Source: Rhodospirillales bacterium
GTDB lineage: Bacteria; Pseudomonadota; Alphaproteobacteria; Rhodospirillales; Defluviicoccaceae
Direction of reading: 5' to 3'
Length of the DNA stretch: 64,000 nt
NCBI GenBank assembly: GCA_016793925.1
Contig: JAEULH010000068.1
Span: 40,483-104,482 of the forward strand
Shown here: in pieces, positions 56,869 to 64,000 of the stretch
Numbering within the stretch: the stretch's first letter is position 1
Layout: each line of letters opens with the position of its first letter
Program-made: the position numbers and the translations under genes
The notes under the pieces: model-generated
What the model was told of the DNA's origin: nothing
Databases searched by the model: none
The model's input: only the letters and a program-made list of their open reading frames with translations

Positions 56869-57491
56869 TTCGGCGCACCGTATTGCGGCTGCGGCGTCTC
56901 GAGCGTACCGGGGACGCTCGGCATCGGCGCCGGCCCCGGTCCGGGGGCCGAGGGCGCGCCCGCGTCGCGCCCCGCGAGATAGGCGCTGACCCGCGAGCGG
57001 ATGTCTTCGGCAATGCTCCGCGCCGCCCGCTCGCGCGCGGCGTTCTGCGCCGTCAGCGTCGAGAAACTGGCGTTGACGATGTTGTAGCTGCTGACCGCCC
57101 GCGCCCGGCTGTTCATGACCGCCTTGCCTTTGTTGAGGTCGACCAGCGCGAAGGTTGCGTTCAGGCGCAGGTTGGCGCGCGTTGCGAAGCCCGAGCGCTC
57201 GACTGCAAGCTCGCTGATCCGCTCGATGAGCTGGACATCGAGGCGATAGGTTGCGGTCCGCTCGTCGACGGTCGGGGCCAGCAGAAAGAGCAGATCGTTG
57301 CGGAGGAGTTGGCCGACGCGATCGGGGATGGGCGCGACGGAAACGCTGGCCAGTTCCGTGCTGATGCCGGGTTCGTCCGGCTCGCTGCCGCCGCTCATAT
57401 AAAGCGGGTGGAAGCCGCAGCCGAGAAGACAGGCGACAATGCCGCCGACAACGACGACGCGGATGCCGTGACGCCGCTCAAACGACCACAT
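56865..57491 (-). CDS. lptE: LPS-assembly lipoprotein LptE
   Basis: Lipobox [14 protein letters not shown]. Conserved leuS-lptE-holA order. Confidence 0.75.
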   Translation of the reverse strand: MWSFERRHGIRVVVVGGIVACLLGCGFHPLYMSGGSEPDEPGISTELASVSVAPIPDRVGQLLRNDLLFLLAPTVDERTATYRLDVQLIERISELAVERSGFATRANLRLNATFALVDLNKGKAVMNSRARAVSSYNIVNASFSTLTAQNAARERAARSIAEDIRSRVSAYLAGRDAGAPSAPGPGPAPMPSVPGTLETPQPQYGAPK

Positions 57492-60057
57492 TGACGATGC
57501 GGTTCGGAACGACGACGACCTTGCGTGGCGGCCGCCCGTTCAACGCGTTGATCACGCCCGGCAGCGCCAACGCGGCGGCGCGACTGGTCTCCTCGTCGCC
57601 GCCGGCGGCGATCTCGATCGTGCCGCGGAGTTTGCCGTTGACCTGGACGCCGAGCCTGACCGTGTCGTCGACGAGGTAGGCGGGGTCGGCGACGGGCCAC
57701 GGCTGGTCGACGAGAAGCCCGTCGTTGCCCAGCTTCTGCCACAGCGCCTCGGCGAGATGGGGCATGACCGGTCCGATCAGCTTGACCAGGACCGTGAACG
57801 ACAGGCGACGGGCGCGGGCGGCCGAGGCGTCGCTGGCGTCGAAGTCGGCCAGTGCGTTGGTCAGTTCCCGCAGCCGCGCCACGGCACGGTTGAAGCCGAA
57901 CTTCTCCAGATCGTCCGTGACCCGCGCAACGGTTCGATGGGTCTCGCGGAGGATGGCGAGCGCGGCGCCGGTTTCGCCGGCGCCGGAGCCGGCGTCCGCG
58001 CCCACCGCGGCAAGCGGCAGCGTGTTGTCGGCGATGATCCGCCACAGCCGATTGACGTAGCGCCAGGCGCCCTCGACCCCGGCGTCCGTCCACTCCAAAT
58101 CCCGCTCCGGCGGGCTGTCGGACATCATGAACAGCCGCGCCGTATCGGCGCCGTAGGTGGCGATGATCGCCTCCGGGTCGACGACGTTGCGCTTGGACTT
58201 GCTCATCGATTCCGAACGGCCGACGCTGACCGGGGCGCCGGTTCGGGCGTGGACGACCCCGTTCGCGGTCCTCGCGACCTCGTCCGGGAAGAGCCACTTG
58301 CCCTCTTCGTCCTTGTAGGTCTCGTGGCAAACCATGCCCTGGGTGAAGAGGCCGCTGAACGGTTCTTCGACCCCGAGGTAGCCGGCACGAACCATCGCCC
58401 GGGCGAAGAAGCGCGAATAGAGAAGGTGGAGAATGGCGTGCTCGATGCCGCCGATGTACTGGTCGACGGGCAGCCAGTAGTCGGCTTCGCCCCGATCCAC
58501 CGGCTCGTCGGCGCGCGGCGAGCAATAGCGGGCGTAATACCAGGACGAGTCGACGAAGGTGTCCATCGTGTCGGTCTCGCGCCGGGCTTCGCCGCCGCAG
58601 GTCGGACAGGCCACGTGCTTCCAACTCGGATGATCGGCGAGCGGGTTGCCGGGGGTGTCGAACCGCACATCGTCGGGAAGAACCACCGGCAGCTCGTCTT
58701 CCGGCACCGGAACGATGCCGCACGTCGCGCAGTGAATGACCGGGATGGGACAACCCCAGTAGCGCTGGCGGGAGATGCCCCAATCGCGCAGCCTGTAGGT
58801 AACGGCGACCTCGCCCAGCCCGGCCTCGCCGAGCCGCCGCGCAACCTCGGCCTTGGCCTCATCGACGCCCATGCCATCGAGGAACGCGGAATTGATCAGT
58901 GTGCCATTGCCGACATAGGCCTCGTCGCCGATGCCCGGCCCGGCGAGGAAGTCGGCCGCGTCGACGCCCTCGGGCAGGATCACCGGGAGGACCGCGAGGT
59001 CGTACTTGCGGGCGAAGTCGAGGTCGCGCTGATCGTGCGCCGGACAGCCGAAGATCGCGCCGGTGCCGTAGTCCATGAGCACGAAGTTGGCGACGTAGAT
59101 CGGCAGGCTTTGGCCTGCCACGAACGGGTGACGGGCGCGCAGGCCGGTGTCGAACCCGCGCTTTTCCGCCGTCTCGATCGCCTCCTCGCTGGTGCCCAGC
59201 CGACTGCACTCGGCGATGAACGCGGCCAGGTCCGCATTGTCCGCGGCGAGGGCCGTGGCCAGCGGATGATTAGGGGAAATTGCGCAGAACGAGGCGCCGA
59301 AGAGCGTGTCGTGGCGGGTGGTGAAGACCTCGAGCGGCTCGCTTTGACCTTCGACGACAAAGCGAATGCGCGCGCCTTCGGATCGGCCGATCCAGTTCTG
59401 TTGCATCAGCCGGACCCGCTCCGGCCACCGGTCGAGGATGGCGAGATCGTCGAGCAGCGCCTGCGCATCGGCAGTAATGCGCAAGAACCACTGGCTCAGC
59501 TTGCGCCGCTCGATCAATGCTCCCGACCGCCAGCCGCGGCCGTCGATCACCTGCTCGTTGGCGAGAACGGTGTTGTCGACCGGATCCCAGTTCACCCACG
59601 ACTCGCGGCGGTAGGCCAGGCCGTCGCGGAGGAATGCGAGGAACATGGCCTGCTGGTGGCGATAGTAGCCGGGATGGCAGGTGGCGATCTCCCGCGCCCA
59701 GTCGATCGACAGCCCCATCGACTGGAGTTGCCGGCGCATGGTGGCGATATTGCCATAGGTCCATTCCGCCGGGCTGGTGCCGCGCTCGATGGCGGCGTTC
59801 TCCGCCGGCAGGCCGAAAGCGTCCCATCCCATGGGATGAAGGACGTTATAGCCGCAGGCCCGCTTGTAGCGGGCGACGACGTCGCCCAGCGTATAGTTGC
59901 GCACGTGCCCCATGTGGATGCGCCCGGACGGATACGGGAACATTTCAAGAACGTAGTACTTGGGACGCGACGGGTCGGCGGCGACGCCGAACACGTTCCG
60001 CTCGCGCCATGTGGCCTGCCAGGACGTCTCGGACTGCTTGAAATTGTAGCGCGTCAT
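57478..60057 (-). CDS. leuS: leucine--tRNA ligase
   Basis: [17 protein letters not shown] (HIGH motif) and SMSKSKRN (KMSKS motif). Confidence 0.95.
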   Translation of the reverse strand: MTRYNFKQSETSWQATWRERNVFGVAADPSRPKYYVLEMFPYPSGRIHMGHVRNYTLGDVVARYKRACGYNVLHPMGWDAFGLPAENAAIERGTSPAEWTYGNIATMRRQLQSMGLSIDWAREIATCHPGYYRHQQAMFLAFLRDGLAYRRESWVNWDPVDNTVLANEQVIDGRGWRSGALIERRKLSQWFLRITADAQALLDDLAILDRWPERVRLMQQNWIGRSEGARIRFVVEGQSEPLEVFTTRHDTLFGASFCAISPNHPLATALAADNADLAAFIAECSRLGTSEEAIETAEKRGFDTGLRARHPFVAGQSLPIYVANFVLMDYGTGAIFGCPAHDQRDLDFARKYDLAVLPVILPEGVDAADFLAGPGIGDEAYVGNGTLINSAFLDGMGVDEAKAEVARRLGEAGLGEVAVTYRLRDWGISRQRYWGCPIPVIHCATCGIVPVPEDELPVVLPDDVRFDTPGNPLADHPSWKHVACPTCGGEARRETDTMDTFVDSSWYYARYCSPRADEPVDRGEADYWLPVDQYIGGIEHAILHLLYSRFFARAMVRAGYLGVEEPFSGLFTQGMVCHETYKDEEGKWLFPDEVARTANGVVHARTGAPVSVGRSESMSKSKRNVVDPEAIIATYGADTARLFMMSDSPPERDLEWTDAGVEGAWRYVNRLWRIIADNTLPLAAVGADAGSGAGETGAALAILRETHRTVARVTDDLEKFGFNRAVARLRELTNALADFDASDASAARARRLSFTVLVKLIGPVMPHLAEALWQKLGNDGLLVDQPWPVADPAYLVDDTVRLGVQVNGKLRGTIEIAAGGDEETSRAAALALPGVINALNGRPPRKVVVVPNRIVNVVV

Positions 60058-60170
60058 CGCCGTACTTCGAGATTGCGTGAACCACGCCGGCCGTCTCGAC
60101 CTGTTCGCTCAAACACGGGCGGCCGAACGCGTCGGGACGAAACGGGATGCGGGAGCGTCCCGAGGCGAAG

Positions 60171-60749
60171 CTACTGCTCCATGGTGTCGAATCGCAACTG
60201 CCGGGCCCGGGTGAGAATGGCGTCCTCGATTCCGCTTGCGGTCTGGACAGGCACGCTCGCGTCCTGCCAGTCGCCTTGGTCTTCATGCACCTGGCGAAAT
60301 ACCGCGACCCGGACGCCATCGGCGCGCAGCGCCCGGCCCATGATGTAGACGTTGACCTTGAACCGCTCGTTCGGCGCTTCCGGCATCGCGTACCAGTCGG
60401 TAATGATCACCCCGCCGAAAGGATCCGCCGACGCGACCGGCATGAACGCGACGGTGTCGAGCGACGCGCGCCAGAGAAAGCTGTTGACGCCGATGCCGCC
60501 GCCGCTGTCTTCGTTCTCGCGCGTGCTTTTGCCGGTGCCGAAACTTAGCCCGCTTGAGCCGAAGATCGAGTCCGTACTCTGATAAGGGTTTCGCTTCCCC
60601 GACTTCGGATCGACATCGGGATACTCGTTTTCGGTCTTGGTATTGACGTTGCCGCAGGCAGCGAGCAGAAACCCGCCCAGACCCAGCGCGATGACGACCC
60701 GGACGCACCGTCCGAGACCCGGCCGCACAGCATGTCGCTTCGGTTGCAT
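60171..60749 (-). CDS. DUF3576-type lipoprotein
   Basis: Lipobox GGFLLAACG, plus FLWRASLDTVAFMP...ITDWY...RFKVNVYI. Confidence 0.7.
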   Translation of the reverse strand: MQPKRHAVRPGLGRCVRVVIALGLGGFLLAACGNVNTKTENEYPDVDPKSGKRNPYQSTDSIFGSSGLSFGTGKSTRENEDSGGGIGVNSFLWRASLDTVAFMPVASADPFGGVIITDWYAMPEAPNERFKVNVYIMGRALRADGVRVAVFRQVHEDQGDWQDASVPVQTASGIEDAILTRARQLRFDTMEQ

Positions 60750-60985
60750 GCCCTGCTGGTACCCCTCACCCCGGATCGTGTCAACAGTCGCCTTCGTGGC
60801 ATGAATGTGGCGTCTGCACCACAGTGCTGAATAATAAGCACAGTACTCCCGGCGATGGTCTTGAAGCCTCAACCCCATCATGCCTTGATGATCCTGTTTC
60901 AAGTGGCGGACGCAACGCCCGAGGTGGCCGCCGACAACTCCCGATTGCTACGGGAGAGCTCCAAATGCAAACAGCGAGGGTCGCA

Positions 60986-62137
60986 ATGAAAAAGCTACTA
61001 TACGGCACCACCGCACTGGCGACGATGGGCATCGTCGCAGGCATGGCGACGGATGCGTCGGCCGCCGAGAAGCTTAAACTCGGACTGGGCGGCTACATGC
61101 AGCAATGGGTCGTCTTCAGCAACCAGAATATCAACCTGCCTGCCGGAAGTAACAACTACAACGCCGTTGACCAGAAGCATAACAGCGAAGTCTGCTTCAT
61201 CGGCGAAACGACACTGGATAACGGTCTGACCTTCGGCGTCAATGTCCAGCTCGAAGCGAACACGGACACTGGCGACCAGATCGACGAATCCTACATGTAT
61301 GTTTCGAGCCCGAGCATGGGCCGGCTGATCCTCGGCGACGAGAACAACGCCGGCTACCTCCTGCACGTAACGGCGCCGGACGGCGGCGTCAGCCTCGACT
61401 CGGGCGACCTGCTCAATATCGAAGCTTTCGTCATCCCGACCGTCTCGACGTTCGACACGGCGGTCGGCACGACATATTTGCGCTTTTACGATAACGACTC
61501 CGGCAAGATCACCTACATCACGCCGCGGTTCGCCGGCTTCCAGCTCGGCGGCTCGTACATCCCGAACTTCGAAGGCGGCGGCGACGACAACAGCTCGCTG
61601 CGTGCGTGCGGCCGATGCAACGGCTTCTACGATGGCTGGGCCGGCGGCGCCAACTACACGGCCGACTTCGGCGGCTTCGGTCTCCAGCTCTCGGCCGGCG
61701 CAATGACCGCGAAGGCCAATGCGGGCCCGAACACCGACAATCTGTTCGCATGGTCGCTGGGTGGCCAGGGGTCGATCGCGGGCTTCTCCGCGGGCTTCGG
61801 CTTCGCCAAGGGTGAACAGGGCCGCGGCGGTTCCGGCTCGGCGGCTGCCGGCACGAGCCAGATCAACAGCACCGGCTGGACGGTCGGCGCGGCTTATGAG
61901 ATTGGTCCGTACAAGGTCGGCGTCGACTACATGCGCGGCGTCGGCAACCCGAATACCGTCGGCGCCGACACGAGCGGCAATCAGCGGTTGGATCAGGCTG
62001 TCCTGAGCGGCACCTACACCCTCGGGCCGGGGATCCGGCTGGTTGGTGGCGTCTTCTGGTTCAACGGCGAAAGCGAAGGCAATACGTCAGAGAACGACGG
62101 CTACGGCTTCGCCACCGGCTTCAAGCTCGGCTTCTAG
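60986..62137 (+). CDS. outer-membrane porin (intact copy)
   Basis: Signal peptide MKKLLYGTTALATMGIVAGMATDASAA, alternating beta-strand pattern, and a C-terminal GFATGFKLGF ending in Phe. Confidence 0.8.
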   Translation: MKKLLYGTTALATMGIVAGMATDASAAEKLKLGLGGYMQQWVVFSNQNINLPAGSNNYNAVDQKHNSEVCFIGETTLDNGLTFGVNVQLEANTDTGDQIDESYMYVSSPSMGRLILGDENNAGYLLHVTAPDGGVSLDSGDLLNIEAFVIPTVSTFDTAVGTTYLRFYDNDSGKITYITPRFAGFQLGGSYIPNFEGGGDDNSSLRACGRCNGFYDGWAGGANYTADFGGFGLQLSAGAMTAKANAGPNTDNLFAWSLGGQGSIAGFSAGFGFAKGEQGRGGSGSAAAGTSQINSTGWTVGAAYEIGPYKVGVDYMRGVGNPNTVGADTSGNQRLDQAVLSGTYTLGPGIRLVGGVFWFNGESEGNTSENDGYGFATGFKLGF

Positions 62138-62167
62138 CCGCCACTCGACGCATCGCGTATCTTCTGC

Positions 62168-62200
62168 AAAAGGGGCGGCGACTGCCGCCCCTTTTTCTTT
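62168..62200 (+). terminator. Rho-independent terminator
   Basis: GGGGCGGC-gact-GCCGCCCC followed by TTTTTCTTT. Confidence 0.75.
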
Positions 62201-62416
62201 GTGTTATCGCTGTCTGCGGTTTCCACGCACGGTCATATTGTGGCGGACGAGTCACATTGCTGGAAAAGGAGCACAGTCACACCCTGCGGTACTTGATGCG
62301 TCCATGCCGCTATGCGTTGATGGCCGGTTGAAAGGTGGGGACGCACGGCCCAAGCATTCATGAAAAACATCTCCCGATAGCCCAGGGAGAGGTCCAGTGC
62401 AGCAGGGAGGATTACA

Positions 62417-63567
62417 ATGAAGAAGCTACTCTACGGCACCACCGCGCTCGCGACGGCCGGCATCGTTGCCGGCATGGCGACGGATGCGTCGGCCTCCGAG
62501 AAGCTTAAACTCGGACTGGGCGGCTACATGCAGCAATGGGTCGTCTTCAGCAACCAGAATATCGACCTGCCTCCCGGGAGCGGCAGCAACAACTACAACG
62601 CCGTCGACCAGAAGCATAACAGCGAAGTCTGCTTCATCGGCGAGACGACGCTGGACAACGGACCTTCGGCGTCAACGTCCAGCTCGAGGCCAACACGCAA
62701 GATGGCGACCAGATCGACGAATCCTACCTCTACGTCTCCGAGCCGAGCCTGGGCCGGCTGATCCTGGGCGACGAGAACAACGCCGGCTACCTCCTGCACG
62801 TAACCGCGCCGGACGGCGGCGTCAGCCTTGACTCGGGCGACCTTGTCAGCATTGACGCCTTTTACATCCCCGTCGTCGGCACGTTCGACACCGCGATTGC
62901 AACCACGTATCTGCGTTTCTTCGATAACGACTCCGGCAAGATCACCTACATCACGCCGCGGTTCGCCGGCTTCCAGCTCGGCGGCTCGTACATCCCGAAC
63001 TTCGAAGGCGGCGGCGACGACAACAGTTCGCTGCGTGCATGCGGCCGATGCAACGGCTTCTACGACGGCTGGGCCGGCGGCGGCAACTACACGGCCGACT
63101 TCGGCGGCTTCGGCCTGCAGTTGTCCGCGGGCGCGATGACGGCGAAGGCCAATGCGGGTCCGGACACCGACAACCTCTTTGCCTGGTCGCTGGGCGGCCA
63201 GGGATCGATCGGCGGCTTCACCGCCGGCTTCGGCTTCGCCAGAGGCGAACAGGGTCGCGGCGGCACCGGCGGCGGTTCGATCATTCAGATCAACAGCACC
63301 GGTTGGACGGTTGGCGGCACCTACGAGGTCGGGCCATACAAGGTCGGCGTCACCTACCAGCGCGGCGAAGGCAACCCCAACACCTCGACGGCGATCGATA
63401 CCTCCGGAAAGCAGCACCTGGATCAGGCGGTCCTCAGCGGCACCTACACCCTCGGGCCGGGGGTCCGGCTGGTCGGCGGCGTCTTCTGGTTCGATGGCGA
63501 AAGCGAAGGCAACACCACCAAAAATGACGGCTACGGCTTCGCCACCGGCTTCAAGCTTGGATTCTAG
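62417..63567 (+). pseudogene. porin paralogue disrupted by a 4-nt deletion (frame change near 62660)
   Basis: Copy 1 reads AACGGTCTGACCTTCGGC where copy 2 reads AACGGACCTTCGGC. Downstream homology continues without stops in the -1 frame to 63567 and ends GFATGFKLGF. Confidence 0.7.
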
Positions 63568-63597
63568 CCGCGACTCGACATACTCACATTTCCTTTG

Positions 63598-63630
63598 GAA
63601 AGGGGCGGCGCTTGCCGCTCCTTCCTCATT
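63598..63630 (+). terminator. degenerate copy of the porin terminator
   Basis: GGGGCGGC-gctt-GCCGCTCC, followed by TTCCTCATT. It has one stem mismatch and a weak U tract. Confidence 0.3.
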
Positions 63631-63651
63631 CAGGCCCGTCGCCCTGATCGG

Positions 63652-64000
63652 ATGCGTATTCTCTGGCTCGCCTCCTACCCGAAATCCGGCAACACCTGGC
63701 TGCGCGCGTTTCTCGCCAACTATCTCAAGAACGGCGCCGCGCCCGAGGACATCAACGCCCTGCCGATGTTCGCGCTGGGCGACATGCGGATCGAGCCCTA
63801 TCTGCGCGCCTCCGGCAAGACCGCGGCGGAGCTTTCGCGCGCGGACATCAACCGCCTGCGCCCGCAGGTCCACCGCGATCTCGCCGCCGCCGGGCCGGGC
63901 CTCGTTCCGGTCAAGTCGCACAGCGTCATCGCCACGATCGACGGCGTCCCGACGATCACGCCCGAGGCCACCTTCGGCGCGATCTATGTCATCCGCAATC
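63652..64000 (+). CDS. sulfotransferase-family protein, runs off the window end
   Basis: Manual translation gives MRILWLASYPKSGNTWLRAFL (5'-PSB motif) ...KSH...IYVIRN (start of the 3'-PB motif). No stop before 64000. Confidence 0.75.
   Translation, partial: MRILWLASYPKSGNTWLRAFLANYLKNGAAPEDINALPMFALGDMRIEPYLRASGKTAAELSRADINRLRPQVHRDLAAAGPGLVPVKSHSVIATIDGVPTITPEATFGAIYVIRN

Larger units (their letters stand above)
60837..63630 (+). repeat. tandem direct duplication (~1.43 kb period) of a porin gene with its 5' leader and terminator
   Basis: Copy 1 spans ~60837-62200 and copy 2 ~62270-63630. Long stretches are identical or nearly identical at nucleotide level, for example the signal-peptide region and the ...DNDSGKITYITPRFAGFQLGGSYIPNFEGGGDDNSSLRACGRCNGFYDGWAGG... 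region. Confidence 0.85.

Overview
High-GC (about 65%) alphaproteobacterial chromosome segment, mostly conserved origin-proximal core genes. In order: purD, xseA; an accessory block at about 2.65-20 kb; a radical-SAM/UdgX-like pair, an FMN reductase and a GapR-like gene; trkH; HIT-hisEFAH-DUF2628-hisB; hslVU; smr, lutCBA, mltA, a Tim44-like gene, fxsA, secB, dnaQ, coaE, maf; hemE, hemH, hemJ, rho; qor, ogt, a thioredoxin-domain gene; mnmE, mnmG, rsmG, parA, parB; holA, lptE, leuS; two tandem porin genes and a sulfotransferase running off the end. The accessory block is a T7-supergroup podovirus late-gene module in T7 order (portal, scaffold, capsid, adaptor, nozzle, gp13-size protein, holin-like protein, small genes, large terminase). 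It sits beside an S24/HTH repressor and ends with a short GcrA-like regulator. I found no integrase, replication, RNA polymerase, ejection-protein, tail-fibre or clear endolysin genes, and no att repeats or tRNA. Its adaptor gene carries a 1-nt frameshift, and a low-GC four-gene cassette sits just before the terminase. Two secreted malectin-domain proteins follow (one with cadherin repeats, one GH71-like). Non-coding signals: two alphaproteobacterial LexA boxes (GTTC-N7-GTTC), one at the phage rightward promoter and one upstream of the radical-SAM/UdgX operon; two perfect parS palindromes flanking mnmG; and a DnaA-box cluster with an AT-rich tract between maf and hemE, which I read as a candidate oriC. 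One of the two porin copies is broken by a 4-nt deletion. No CRISPR array, tRNA or rRNA was seen. All homology calls rest on my own reading of the translations and remembered motifs, not on database searches.
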